Positions 44,174 to 57,985 of a DNA stretch of 64,000 bases are shown piece by piece (within the stretch, counting starts at the first letter, position 1; every line of letters starts with the position of its first letter). This stretch comes from Podarcis erhardii. Its lineage: Eukaryota. The notes beneath the pieces were generated by a model that worked only from the letters and a program-made list of their open reading frames with translations, had not been told where the DNA came from and ran no database searches. The stretch lies in the NCBI GenBank assembly GCA_964252035.1, contig OZ176205.1, one strand, 5' to 3'. Made by a program: the position numbers and the translations under genes.

Positions 44174-47100
44174 CCTTCCGCCTATTCCGCCTGGCCCTAT
44201 CTAACAGGCTGGTGCGGAACAGAAAGTAAGACAGCTTAGCAATAATATTGCACAGGAACAAACCCAAGACCGCACTTTGACGGATGCAGGATGCTTTATT
44301 GTTGTAGGTCTGTTTTTTTCTGTGCTCCCCCCAAAATTCTCCATCCTGTGGTTTCTTCTTACAGTGTTCAGCTTGACTTTAATGAACATGGAATTTAGCT
44401 GTTGTTTTCTCTTCTAATGTTTTAAGTCCAGCAGATGGTGATGTTTAAAATTCCCCCAAAATCTGCCAATACCTGGGCCAGGCTTTTAAGGCCTGTGAGC
44501 CATATGATGTTTGCACAGAGCCAGAACACAAGCAGGCGCTTGAGCTAATTTTTGGCAAGCCACATCTTCTTGGCTGCCTCGTATCTCGATTCTCAGAAAG
44601 GTGCAGCACCACCTACATACGCTTTGAGCAATGTCAATAAGGCAGTCCTGCTATTCTCAGACAGCTTCTTTCTCACCCCCCACCCCCAGTGACATAATGG
44701 TCATAGCAGGGAACTAGCCATTGTCTTAGGAATCCTGTATGTGGTGGTTCAGTGTATCAGACTCTCTTCCTTTTGATGATATAGGTGGGAGATCCTTTGG
44801 GGCCAAGGGCCATGTTCTTCCATAGACAGCCTTCTGGGGGCCACATGCTTATAACAGGCAGATCCAGATGCAAACATGGCAGAGCAACAGATGTGACTCT
44901 CACTTTTGCAAAACAGACTGCATTCTGGCCCAAAATTGCAGGCTTCTATACACACACTTTGGAACGGCTTCAGCTACAGAAAACAAAATAACATAGAAAG
45001 GTGCCTTAGTATGGTATGGAGCAGGTCCTGGGGTATGTGTGGCTAGGGTAGAGGGACAGGGTCCAGATAGAAAGGCTTGGAGGGCCACGTTCTCCCTGCC
45101 AAGCCTGACGTTTTCCACCCTGATATAGTTGAATTCAGATGTCCTGATAAGCCGATGTCCTTTTATCACTCCTCCATTCCCCTGGATTTCTAAACACCCA
45201 TTAATAAACCATTATTCCCAGCTTTCAAATATGGTCAAATCCATGCCGTACATTTATAGCGCATGGCTTCCTCCATATAATTTTGGGACCTGTAGTTTGT
45301 TAAAGGTGCTGTGAACTGCAGCTGTATGGACTTGCATTCCTAGGATTCTTTGGGGGAAGCCATTAGAGTTGCATACCTGCCAACATTTCTCCGATGAAAA
45401 TAGGGATGTCCCATTCCATAATGCTAATTTTACCATTTATACCCCACACATCTTACTGGGTTGCCCCAGCACTCCGGGCAGCTTCCAACATACATAAAAA
45501 TGCAATAAAACATTATGCATGTGTACTGATTGCAACTTACAGCATATTGGATGCTATGTTTCGTACAGTTTTAAATGCATGTCACCTTGAAGCTTCAGTG
45601 TAAGGTGATGAGTAAATTGAATAATAGCGGTGATGATGAAATGAATGCACAGCTGGATGGCATCTCCTATATCCTTGTGTGCACAAACAAAGCTCCCACA
45701 ACAAGCTTTTCTTAGTAGGGCAGGCGTCTCAGCACACACCTTCCTAGGCATTTGCAGAACTCCTTCCTCCACCAAACCTCGGTGGAGTAGGCTAAGGCCT
45801 GCCCAACAGAGAGGCAGCTGACACCGCTTTTACTATCTTTCAGCTGTCAGGCTAAGTTCATCCTGTTCAGCAGGCTCTTAGTGTTTAATCTGTTTTGTTT
45901 GGTTTTTCCTAACCTGGCTGGTTTTGTACATCAGCTACTAGAATTGCTAAACGGCTATATTTTATCAGAATTTGCAATGCAATTGCATCAGCTGTTTATT
46001 TTATTAGTTTTCACCTTTTTGGTAAATTGCTTTAAAGAAATAAGATGAATTGACATGTGGGGAGGGGGGGAGTCCCTGCAGTCTGGGGAGCTTCATATAT
46101 GTTTCCAGATTGCTGGATCAGGTGTTAGGAAAAAAAGAGAGAGAAAGATATCATAGGCAAACGTGCTTTAATGCCAAGTGTAAATGTTTCAATTTAGTTG
46201 TTAATACTTTGGGATGAGTTAATGATGTATATATCCTGCTGTTGAGCAAGGTTGCCAGATTGAATTAACATTTTATAAAACTCAGGGTTTGCTAAATCAG
46301 GTCATCCCTCTAGCTGGTAAAGATGAAAATAAGACAGAATAAATGAGAAACAGAGTAGCATGACTCAGACGTTATGAATATGTTCCCCAAGGGCTAGTTA
46401 TTTGTGCAAGCCATTTAGCCATTTGGGTTTAATTCACAAAGTTGAAGAATCCCTGCCCCCCCCCTGCCATGCTAGTCACATGTCTTCTGTTACTGACATT
46501 TTTGCTTTGACTCCTGCACTTGAAAATCTCAATTTTGGAATCAACATTCATATAGTGTCTCTGCCTGGAACCATCAAAATGGACATGCATGGCTGGGATT
46601 TCAAATGAGCACAAACTTGGGGTGATATCGAGTGTACTTTGGCAGCAAGGAATGTTAGATTTCCAGGCTCCCCATAATAGAGATCCTGTTTTCAGACAGT
46701 TCAAATTCTGTGGCATCATCTGTCATGTTCTCCCTGACTACTGCTAGGCTAGATGGTCGCGAAACCCTGTAAATGGGAATGGAACACCTTTGAAAAGCCA
46801 CTTCCTTAGGATTTATGGGACAATTTGGAAGTGCTCAGATCCTAAAGTGATGGGTGTTGCGGAGGGCCCTTTGACACAGCAGGCTGGCTCCACAGCTGCT
46901 ATAAATCAGGCAGGGCTCTGTTGCAGGCAAACGGCCACGACAGCTTGCTCCTTGGCTATGAGGTTTGTGTTCTTTGCAAAGAGGATCCAGCTGTAAGTGC
47001 CTGGCCCTGCAGGAGACTGGAGGCAGACTGTGACTGCAGGACCATCCGCCTCTCTCACAGCAGCCTCCCTGAGGTTGCGATGCACTGATCAAGGATGGGA

Positions 47101-49503
47101 GGTCTTGCCGCTACATGCTGCCTGTCGATCTGCCTTGGGAAAATAAATAAGACACGGACCATGGTATTGGATGGGAAGGAGCATAGGTTGAGCAATGTCC
47201 AGTGATAAGATGCTGCCTCTGTCTGCTAAAAAGCACTCCAGGCAAGGAGTAATAAATGCCTGTTTGGGGGGGGGACGACGAAACAGCAAGCAATCAGATG
47301 TCTGTTTATTATTGTACGTTCATGGAATATAATAAATCTACCACCTCTCTCCTTCCCTGCTCTCTGCTGATTGATTCCTCTCCCTGGCCTAGACAAAGCC
47401 TTCCCTTTGTGCTCCTGGCCATTTTATCAAGCTAAAGACTTCCGGGGGGGGGGGGGGAGAGTCTGTTTCTTTTCCTTGGTATGTTTATCTGCCTTAAACC
47501 TGCTGCCCCAGGCTGTGCCCCTTTGTTCAAGGAGCCAGAAGCAGCTGCTGTGCAGATGCCTTCAGGTTGGTACCAGGTGGAGGCAGGAGGCTGAGGCTTC
47601 GTAATCCTTGCTGTAGAGAAGGAGATATGGGTTTCTCCCCACCAATACCAGATTTCATGCAATGAAACAACAGCAGTGGGGTAGGTTTGTTGTTGCAGGT
47701 ACTGAGGACCAGCTTAGGAGGATTAGGTACAGCATTGTTCGTTTTTTCTGTAAAGCGCCTCCCATATGTGCCATCAGTTTAATCAAGGATGTCGCCTTTG
47801 CTTTCCTTCCGGTGGGAAATGTTAGCAAGGATGCATGGAGAGGCATTATTGGTGACTGCTTCCCAAAGTCACAGACACATCCAGGAGCAGCTGGTGGGGA
47901 AGGGCAGCGCAATAGATCTGGCCTCCTTGTTCCCGCATCGCATACCGAGACATTACTGGTACAGAGCAAAGTGACTGCAAGGGTTAAGGAAAAGAGAGCT
48001 TAACTGTGATCCTGGGTCCAGATAGCACCTTAGCTTAGCTGCTGCACTGCCCAGAGCGAAAAGGCCTGGGAAGGAGCAAAGCAGAGGCAATCTCCTTCCC
48101 AGGAGCTTGCACATTTTCATGAAGCCATTGTTTAGCTTAGCATTATGTGCAAACACAGCCCTCTATCTTGTGCAGAGATCGCCCCAAATGCTATGCTATA
48201 ATGGCGCTTCTCTCTCTCCCTGCCACCCAATCTCTCCCTGTTTTTCATCTTCACAAGCCCTTAAAATACAGGCGAAGAGCTGAAAAAATGAAGTCATTTG
48301 CCTAAGTGTGCTGGACAGAAGCACAGGCAGAGAGCCTGGAATTGCTCACATGTTGTTGCAAGGGATATCACATCACTTGATATTCTGCCTTGCATTTATT
48401 GATGAGCCTGCAGATCCATGAACCAATATCACACGATTCTCTTATCAGCTGCTGCTTTATGAGCATTCATGTGTAATGCTCATAAATGATCCACCAGCTG
48501 TTTCCAGGATACTCAACAGTTCTGTAAACAAAAGGGAGAATATATCTTTAACTTGGAAGCTTCCCTGTGCCTGCAGCATCTCAGCGAGTGGATGGTTTTC
48601 ATGCAGTACCTCTTTCTATAAAGTGCTAATTAGTTCCAGGCCATCCTTCAAACAATATGGAGCCAGTGAAGGCTTGCCCCTCCTTCATGCCTGTGAGGCA
48701 GCTCCACTCTGGATTTCTGTCTGATGTTGTAAAGATGCATCCTTTTAAAGCATTAGATCTTGTGTTATCTGCTCAGTCTGTTGGCCAAGATGTCACAGAA
48801 TCACCAAGAGAGTCTAGATTCCAATCTTATGACACAGAAATCTTAGTGGGTGGCTATATTCTTATTTTTAAACCTGCAAAAGGACATTAAATAGGAGATT
48901 CCTATCACTTTTAAAACAACAACATGTAAGTCACCAGGTGCCAGCACATTTCCAGGATACAGGTCAGGTTTTGATAAAAAAAAAACAGGAGGGTTTAACC
49001 CCTGAGTCCCCAGAGTACTTAGTCTGATTAATGCCATCAGTTTTTCAGCACCAAATCCATTGCAGCAAGTTGAGTGAAATGCAGTCAAATAGGCGAGCAG
49101 CTCTTTAATCAGAGGAACCATATGGATTCTGGAGGGAGGGAGAGGAGAGAGGTGAAGAAAAGGATATGAAAACAAAGAGAGAAGCCAACACGCAAGATTG
49201 GTTTGGATTCCAGCCATCCTGGCTCCTTAGTTTACGGCAGTCCAGATCTGTGTGTCAAAAACACAGGAGAACCTTCCTGATAAAGAGTTTCAGTTTCTGC
49301 TTTTGCAAAGGTTGCAGAAAATTTTAGGCCTCAAGACCCGTTCTATCTTCTAGTACTTCGTGATCAGAGGCCTCTCTGTCGTGGTGGTTTTTAAATCCTT
49401 TTCAAGAGAGACCGGCTCCAGGATTGAGGGTCTCCTCAGAAAAGTGCATTCTTGATGGGCCCCTTGTATGTTGGTGGGTTGATTTGATGGCAGCAGCAGT
49501 GGT

Positions 49504-49777
49504 GAAGAAGAAGAAGAAGAAGAAGAAGAAGAAGAAGAAGAAGAGGAGTTTGGATTTGATATCCCGCCTTTCACTCCCTTTAAGGAGTCTCAAAGCGGCT
49601 AACGTTCTCCTTTCCCTTCCTCCCCCACAACAAACACTCTGTGAGGTGAGTGGGGCTGAGAGACTTCAAAGAAGTGTGACTGGCCCAAGGTCACCCAGCA
49701 GCTGCATGTGGAGGAGCAGAGACGCGAACCCGGTTCCCCAGATTACCGTTCTTAACCACTACACCACACTGGCTCTC
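49504..49777 (-). mobile_element. Young Squam3-type SINE with (TTC)13 tail
   Basis: Near-identical to 3880-4143 apart from a short deletion in the tRNA head. Confidence 0.9.
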
Positions 49778-49982
49778 CATAATAAGGTGCAATAAGGTGG
49801 CAGTTAGGTGCCATTTTCATGGCCCACAAAGTCGTGTTGGTCTGGAACTTGGTAGTAAATGGGTCAGTTCCCAGTTGCCTAACATCTCCATTCCTTATGG
49901 GTATACATTAGCAGGACCTGTTAAGGTGCTGGACCACTAGCAACCACCCAAGGATGCTGGGTGAGGATGCTGGATTGCTGAA

Positions 49983-50198
49983 AAGAACATAAAGCAGAGC
50001 CTGCCGAATTGGGCCAATGGCTGATCTAGTCTAGCATCTTGTTCTCATAGTGGCCAACCAGATGCCTCTAGGAAGCCCACAAGCAGGACTCAAGCAGCTG
50101 GAATCCAGAAGCATTACAGCCTCCAAACATGTAGGTGGAGCATCACTGTCATGGCTTGTAGGCATCAATAACCTTCTCCTCCATGAAACTGTCCAATC
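49983..50198 (-). mobile_element. CR1 3' UTR fragment
   Basis: AAGAACATAA tail, CTAGCATCTTGTTCTCATAGTGGCCAACCAGATGCC. Confidence 0.75.
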
Positions 50199-51080
50199 AT
50201 AGGGTGGCCATGACCTTTCTGCATTGCTTTGAAGCAGTTGAGCCTAAGTGCCTGAAATGAACCTGGAGCCGAGTTGGAGGAAATGTACCGTGTGCATTTA
50301 AACATAAGCCAACTGCAGGATGTGCTGGAATTTTATCACGGCCTCAGCACCTCTTCAGAACAAAGGGAAATAATTTCTGTGTTTTGGGGATGCTGAAAAG
50401 CTCTGGAACGTGGACCTGGCAGGAATTGGGCGGGCAAGCCCAGTCAGGAGCAAAGTGGGAATAGATAAGGACTTGCACACCAGTTTCCTTGCCAGCATCC
50501 TTCTTTTTTATTTAGCACACACCAGGTTCCACTACTGCAATGGCTTTTCATCTGGGGGGGGGGGCAGCCCAGCTAGGTTGTTATTTCTCCTGCTTCCAGA
50601 CAGACTTATCTTGGATATGCAAGAATCTCAGACGTTCCAGTGACTGAGGAGGCTCTGAGGGATGGTTTCCATTAGTGCGTGTGTATATACCATACATAGG
50701 GGTGTTGACCAGGGTCAGTTAACCGCATCAATCCTAGCTGTCAGCACAACATGGATTTGCTCCAGGCTGCCCTCTGTAGGGTTCAGGAGCATATTGTACT
50801 AGCCAGGCAGACTTTCCAATGTCATAAACCAATTTAATTTTGAAAACCAGATCTGGAATCGGTTAAGATAAGATTCAGAGGGCATATGTTCCAAGGTTAA
50901 AGTTATGTTCAGATTTATTTTTTGAAAAATGCAAATGTTTCTTTTAGGCTAACATTTAAAAATCAGGGTAATGATTTGCTCTTCAAAATAAGTGATTAAC
51001 CCTCAAATCAGTTTAACATTACAGTAAAACTCTTAGACAAGCAGGGGAAATATTTCTTCTGAAGGTAAAACTACAGTTTT

Positions 51081-51301
51081 TATTTATTTATTACTCATTT
51101 ATTTTATTCCTTCAAGGAGTTCAAGGTGGCATATACAGTATGGTTCTCTTCTTCCCAATTTTATCCCCAGAACAACCCTGTGAGGTAGGTTAGGCTGAGA
51201 GACCGTTACTGACTCAAGGTTACCCAATGAGTTTCATAGCAGGGATTTGAACCCTGGCCTCCCAGGTAGTAGTCCGACACTCTAACCACTACATCACACC
51301 A
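51081..51301 (-). mobile_element. Old MIR-related SINE (Squam3A-like)
   Basis: AACAACCCTGTGAGGTAGGTTAGGCTGAGAG..GGATTTGAACCC..CTCTAACCACTACATCACAC. Confidence 0.85.
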
Positions 51302-52440
51302 GGTGAGATTTTTATGTTCACCCACCATATATTAAACAGCTGAGAGTCAGCTCAGTTAAACGGTGCCCTGTGAGCAAAAGACAGGCACTTCCTGTGTAGA
51401 TTTTTTTTTTAAAATGTTACATTTATGGAATTTGAGGGTGTTTTCTTGATGTACAACTAGGTTCTCCAATTTGTAGGATGCCATTAGTGACATTTTGCAA
51501 ATCAGAGAACTGAGTCACTTTTAAACCATAACTCCGCTGGAATGCTTTGCTGAGGCTTACGGTGAGAAAAATGTATATGTAAAAGCAGCACCTGAGAATT
51601 GAAATGAAGAAGATTCCATTTAACATGTGTCTTTCCTAGTGCCTGCTTCCTGGAGCTCAGCTCTAAGGACTGGCAGCGCTGGCTGCGGAAGTGCCCTGCC
51701 CTTGTGTGCTGAGGGCTTTTTGCGTCTTTGTTCCTTCCATTATTAACTTTCCTCCCCAGAGTCCTCTGCTTGTTAATTTGCAACACAGCAATTTCAGACA
51801 GCAAATAAAAGCAAGGGATAACCAGCCACACAGGTTCAAATGGTAGCCAGGAGGATTTATCTACTTTTCTGTAATAGGAAGTTCTGAAATGGGCCACAGC
51901 AGCAAACACAGATAAGCCTTTCGGAGCCCAAACATTTGCTTTTGTAACCCTTTCCTAGTCAGTCAATTGCACGCCATGAATTGAAATCAACCATGCAGAA
52001 CGGCGAGACACGCCTACATTCTGCATTTATTTATTTTTTACTAATTTCTTTTTTAAAAAATGGATTTTGCCAGATTTAAATGATCTTTTATTTTGATCCT
52101 AATAATCTCTGCTGCAAGCATGGAGCCTGCTTAGAGCAGGAACAATCAACTTTTACCTAATAGGATTAACTTTATGGCTAGTTGAAACCCATTTTAGGGC
52201 TTTCTTGCTTAAGACTTCTTGTGTTGGCGCTTGCCTGCTTAATACTCCCTGGCTATTCCACTGTGCAGCATTAGCAACATGGCCTAGGTGCTTCCAGATA
52301 GGGGTTTATTCTGGGATTGGTGCATGCAAATTTTCACATAATTTAATCTGGATTTAGACTTTCCATGGAAAATCTGATGAATTTTTTTTAAAACCAACAA
52401 CAACAATCCACAATGTGTTGCCAACCATCCATTTGCAATA

Positions 52441-52671
52441 CAGTGGTACCTCAGGTTACATACGCTTCAGGTTACATACACTTCAGGTTACACACTCCGC
52501 TAACCCAGAAATATTACCTTGGGTTAAGAACTTTGCTTCAGGATGAGAACAGAAATCATGCGGCAGCAGCAGGAGGCCCCATTAGCTAAAGTGGTGCTTC
52601 AGGTTAAGAACAGTTTCAGGTTAAGTACGGACCTTCAGAACGAATTAAGTACTTAACCTGAGGTACCACTG
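52441..52671 (+). mobile_element. Tigger/pogo-like MITE
   Basis: 13-bp TIR CAGTGGTACCTCA / TGAGGTACCACTG with TA flanks. Confidence 0.9.
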
Positions 52672-53450
52672 TATTAAGTCCCTACCTGGAAGAACCCTTT
52701 GCCTCTCTCTCAGAGATGAATTCCTGTCATAACCTCCTGCCTATTAGACCCTCTCCTTAACAGTGCAGAAGCCTGGGGCCTCTTGCTTCAGCGTGGCTAT
52801 TGCAGACCGTCTTCTTCCTTCACTAAGCAAATCTTTGGCTCCCTCTGCTTCCAGGTTGCCATGCTCCATGCGCTGCTTTTTGCCAGCATCTACACATCAT
52901 GCTCCACTGCACACCCTGGAGTTGCGAAGCAAAGCAACAGATTTTATTCACGAGCCACGCGCCTCTTTGCTGTGGCCTGGGATGGCCCAGAATGAGCCTC
53001 GCCCCAGGCCACTGAATCTCTGAGGAAAGCTTTCTGGTTCCTCCTCCCAGGAACAGAGGCATGTTTTGTGTCTGCCAGCCAGCCCAGCTCAAGGAAATGG
53101 TGATGCAAGAAGGGGAAAACACCTGCCGCGGGCCCAGGCTTGTGCAACCTGAGTTACTGCATATTTTTAGCATATTTTTAGTCTTGGCAGCATAAATGGA
53201 ATGGCTTGCCTGTTCTAACAATAACCACCACCATCTCAAACCACCCAGATTTTTTGTTGTTTTGGTTAATGCTGTATTAGTGTTATATTTTCTTTCTTTC
53301 TACAATTGCATATGGCACTAATTCAGGGGTGGGGAATCTTTTTCAGTCTGAGGGCCACTTTCCTTACTGGGTAATCTTCCTGAGGTGACCTGCCTCATGG
53401 AAGAAGAGGGAGAAAGTGTCACTACTAGCAGTGTCCTGCAACACAGGGCA

Positions 53451-53605
53451 GCCCTGCTGGTCAGGCCAAAGGCCCAATCTAGTCCAGCATCCTGTTCTCA
53501 CAGTGGCCAACCCAATACCTATGGGAAGCCCAGCAGCAGGACATGAGGGCAACATTTGTGATTCCTCACAAGTGGTAAACAGAGGTCTACTGCCTCCAAA
53601 TACTG
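53451..53605 (-). mobile_element. CR1 3' UTR fragment
   Basis: CTAGTCCAGCATCCTGTTCTCACAGTGGCCAACC. Confidence 0.75.
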
Positions 53606-54394
53606 CTAGTGAGCCTCTTTTCCCCCCAAACCATTTTTCAATGTTGTAGGCTGTTGCACAAGTCTGCTGATCCATGCAGCCAATGGGCCATGCCATTCGA
53701 TCTGTCTCACTAAGTCTGTAATAATCTTAGCCTTGTTTTCAAAAGGGGGAGGATTGCACGTTGTGAGTCCCTGGCATGCTGTTCCCTGTACTCCCAGTGC
53801 AATTAAAAGAGGATACCCAGTTACCTACGTGAGTGGTCAACAGCAGAAGCAATTAGCAGGGGAAGGTGTAGCTGTGGGGCATGTTAAGAGGCTCCCCGCT
53901 CAAGGCCTGTGGGTCAGAAAGAAAGGGAAGACATGCAGGTGACCCAGCTAGGAGCCAGTCTAGCAGTTTGCTGAGTGCCATCAGCGCTGCAGTGACTGGC
54001 TGTCGGTTAACCTTTTTTGTCTGAGGTGCTTCATGGCATTTCTTCATGGAGGTGAACAGTGCAGGGCTCTCTGCTTTTACACAGTGCTGATCCCCAATGC
54101 CTAGTGAAGATGGCAGGCTGAAAGGTGCAGAAGAAAGATGTGCTCAGGAGCTCTGTGAGAAAGGGGCACTGGAGGGCTGCATTGGCATAGGCAGCTGGTT
54201 GTTGAGACATGTGTAAAGGATAAAAATCTGCACTGAGTGGTGGAGAGATGAAGATCTGCACTGAGGAACTTCTGTTCTAGCAGGAGGACTCCACCTGTTT
54301 TGCTACTTGGATTCATACAACGGACTTCACATACACGCATGCATATTTTGACACCTGAGGTGTATGTTTTTACAACCCACCTTATTGTAAGTTG

Positions 54395-54612
54395 TTTTTA
54401 TTTCATTTTAGTTATTACATTTGTATACCACCTTTTCCTTCAAGGAGTTGAAGGCTTCATACGTAGTTCTCCTCTCCCTATTTTATCCTCATGGCAACCC
54501 TGTGAGGTGGGTTGGGCTGAGAGACAGTGACTGGCCCAAGCTCACCCAGTGAGCTTCATGGCTGAGTAGGGATTTGAACCCTGGTCTCCCAGGTCGTAGT
54601 CCAACACTCTAA
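54395..54612 (-). mobile_element. Old MIR-related SINE (Squam3A-like), 5' truncated
   Basis: CAACCCTGTGAGGTGGGTTGGGCTGAGAGACAGTGACTGGCCCAAG..GGATTTGAACCCTGG. Confidence 0.85.
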
Positions 54613-54639
54613 AGTGGCCTCAAATAAGTATCTGCATGT

Positions 54640-54690
54640 GTATCTCTGTATCTGTATCTGTATCTGAATCTGAATCTGTATCTATCTGTA
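54640..54690. repeat. Compound (TCTGTA)/(TCTGAA) hexamer microsatellite
   Basis: Direct read. Confidence 0.9.
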
Positions 54691-56301
54691 CTGTGATGGC
54701 CCAAGGGAGAGAGCATCTATTGAACCCATCAGTGATCCCTGTCTCTCCAGGAACACATGCATCTATTGTCTCTTTCACTGCAGAAATCACAGAACCGTAC
54801 CCACACAGGATGCCTTTATTTATGAAGGGTTACATAAGGCTGATATTTATGGGCACAGAAATTATATTTATGCAGGCTGTAGGTGATGTTTATGAAGAGC
54901 TATGGATAGATCACTGTAGTGTCTAGCCTTGGAGTCAGACTCTGCGGTTTACCTGAGTCAATTGAGCCAAGATGAAGATGAGATTCCATGAAACGGAGCA
55001 ATTTAAGTCACCACCTATAAATCCCAACTTCGGAAGGTGATGGCTTATGCCTCCCTACATAGCAAGTGGTAGATATTTCCTCTCACTCATCCAGATCTTT
55101 CCAGTGGCAGGAAGGGCATGGAAATGAAGTGTGCACCATTAAGCTTATCAACCTGGGGGTATTTTTAATGAAAGGCCTGTGGCTTTTTTTTTTATTCTAG
55201 GAATTTAATGGGAAGGCTGGAAAAGAATCAGAAGTTGCAAATGGCAGAGTTTAGTGATGGGTGTGTGTGTGTGTTTATGTGGAGAATCCCATCTGTGGGT
55301 TTCAGCCAGTTCTAAAACAGCACTATCAGCTTGGGGTCAGGTGTGCGTGCCGATGGGTTTGTTTTTAGCACTGCTTGTTGCATCAGCCAATGTGCAGGAA
55401 CCGTGTGTTCCCAACCATGGACTGTATTGAAGATAAGGACACTGTGGCTAATAACCTTAACTTCTGGGCCCCTGTGGGTGTCAAATGGGCAGCACACTGT
55501 GCCTGTTTTGAGAATGGATTGGAACAGGAAGCCACTTGTAGCAACATAGTGATAGCCCCTCGTGCTGCCATAATGGTTGCAACAACTGTGGACTTAAGCA
55601 CTTCGGACATTAACAATGCCCTTTTGGGGAGGCAGGTCTATTTTTCTCAAGGAAGAAAAAGAGCCCATCTATGCTTGTGCTTGGGGATGACAGGATGGGT
55701 CATGCTGCAAGGAGATGCGTAGGTCAGACAGCCTAATTTGTGAGGGCTGGTGAGAGGAGCTGTCCCTTTCATCCCCCTGATACTCTCCATAAGAAAGAGG
55801 CAGCTGCGGAGGTAATAAATTTTGTGTGAAGGTGACCTTCTTTTACTTGTCAGCCCTATTTCCTTAGGCTGAAACTTATTCTGTGCTCAGGCAGAGGCAA
55901 AAGAATCACATCCACCTTCCTTTCAAAGAAATGCCACGTTTCAGAAATGCCCAGTGGAACACCAGGGTTGCCCCTTATATTTCAGCATTACAACTACACT
56001 GAACAACGGACGCCAGATCTCTTTGTCTGTAGAAGCCATTAGGGGCATTCCCACATTCAGTGAGGATTTAATATGTGCACATTAACAGTAGAGCTGTACA
56101 CTTGGATAGTAAGTCACATGCTTGTGTACCTGTCTCCACAGTAGCTGAGCTGCACAAATGAACAAGTGTGCACTCTTTTATACAAACACTTGTACGTGTG
56201 TAGAGGTAGCTTGTGACTGTGTTCAATGTCATGTGTGAAAAATACTATTGTGATACCTTCACTCAAAATTTACTACCCCGCAATTACCTTCTTTTTACAA
56301 A

Positions 56302-56447
56302 NNNNNNNNNNNNNNNNNNNNNNNNNNNNNNNNNNNNNNNNNNNNNNNNNNNNNNNNNNNNNNNNNNNNNNNNNNNNNNNNNNNNNNNNNNNNNNNNNNN
56401 NNNNNNNNNNNNNNNNNNNNNNNNNNNNNNNNNNNNNNNNNNNNNNN
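56302..56447. other. Assembly gap (146 N)
   Basis: Run of N. Confidence 0.99.
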
Positions 56448-56487
56448 CCCTCTCTAGCCTTCATAAACAATGTGGTAATAGGCTAGG

Positions 56488-56657
56488 CCAGGTATCTTCA
56501 ACCTTTTAGAGACCCAGGACCCAAATATGCATTCAGGGACCCATTCCTTAATCCTTCACCATTTATATTTGCATGGTGGTGGTGCTCCTGTTGTGACCCA
56601 GCTTGGATTAGGGCATGACCCACTAGTGGGTCCCAACCCATCACCTGAAGACCAGTG
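56488..56657. mobile_element. hAT (Charlie-like) MITE
   Basis: CCAGGTATCTTCAACC start, GGGTCCCAACCCATCACCTGAAGACCAGTGG end. Confidence 0.55.
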
Positions 56658-57721
56658 GACCTGAAGGTCATGTGGTGCTGCAACATTCAGTGAAATTTAC
56701 TTGCCTGTGAATCCCCTTGTTGTGTGACACACCCTGTGACACCATCTCCAGATGTTTCCTGCCTGACTTTGCAAAGGGGCCTGCAGGGAATAGCTCTGCC
56801 CCCTCAATGACACTGTGGGTGCCAGTAAAACTCCCAAGTCAGCATGCCGTGGGCTGAGTCTGAAAGGGGTGTTTGTGTGTGAGCCCTTTGTGTTTTCATT
56901 GTGCAATGTGTCCCCATCACAAGGATGAGGCTATGGTTATCATTAAGAAGTGAATTAAGAAAGAATACTCTGCACATGTTCGGAAATATTTTCTTTGTAA
57001 CTACTTCACATTTGTAAACTACGCTTCACATTCATAAACTATGCTACCACTCCAGGAAGTAAACCCTGGTAAGTCATAAAGGGGTTAAAATCAGCCAGGG
57101 CCATAGCCTGGAGATATTCACATGGGTAGTGAAAAAATGCTTCATACTTGCTTCTCTGTTAGCCATGTGTTATAATATTGATTTGTTTAATTAATTTTAA
57201 AGGATTTTTTTCTGTCAAAGAAGAGTGTGTGTATGCAAAATTCCAAACCTTCTCCTTTAAATCCAAAACTACAAAGCCTTTACAGATGTGAGCTAGGAAA
57301 TGTTACTATTGGAAAGCTTGCAGCCAATAACAGGGTCAATATAAGGACCTTTCCTTATTGGCTTCCAGACTAGAACTAATCAGGCTTATTGGAAGGTCTT
57401 TCCTCCAGATGATCTTTTTTGTTTGTTGTTCAATAAATGCACAGTTGTTACTTATTAGTTGTAGGGACACTTTCTCAACTTGGTACCCTCCATATATATT
57501 GGATTGCAATTCACATCACCACCAACTATTAGCTCTGCTGGCTGGGGATGATGGAGGTTGGAGTACATCAACATCTGAAGGGCTACAGGTTCTCTGTACC
57601 TGCTGGAGGGAATGCAAATTTGTTCTCCCAAAGCAGGGTATCTAACACTTCTCCTAGGATGTACAAAAAAAGTGACCGTATTCATATCTAGTAATAAACT
57701 ATGTTTATTATAATATGAAAA

Positions 57722-57775
57722 GGGATGCGGGTGGCGCTGTGGGTTAAACCACAGAGCCTAGGGCTTGCTGATCAG
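57722..57775 (+). mobile_element. Sauria SINE 5' head only
   Basis: GGGATGCGGGTGGCGCTGTGGGTTAAACCACAGAGCCTAGGGCTTGCTGATCAGA, then homology stops. Confidence 0.85.
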
Positions 57776-57852
57776 ATGATTGGAAAGTTTCACTTACGTT
57801 GTTGATTAACTGCAGTTTAATGTTATGCCCAAACCCTAAACTGTGGTTATTC

Positions 57853-57985
57853 TAAGGTTACCAGATTTTTTTCAATTAATCCTGGGACACTTTTCAACTT
57901 CCTACTAAATAAATGGATTTTGTGAGGGGACTGATTTGTAAATCTGGGAACTGTCCCCGGGAAATGGGGATGTCTGGTAACCTTA
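57853..57985. mobile_element. hAT MITE with perfect 13-bp TIRs
   Basis: TAAGGTTACCAGA / TCTGGTAACCTTA; 8-bp TSD GGTTATTC / GGTTAATC (7/8). Confidence 0.85.

Noticed and set aside
49350-49795. Poly-K, poly-F and poly-S ORFs (also poly-N at 5374 and poly-YI at 20251)
   Set aside because: Translations of microsatellites and SINE tails.
52845-53023. Acceptor plus signal-peptide-like frame (VAMLHALLFASIY...)
   Set aside because: All three frames close without a good donor; no recognisable family.
55375-55722. 115-aa ORF in GC-balanced sequence
   Set aside because: No recognisable homology or splice-site pair; overlapping ORFs in several frames suggest chance.
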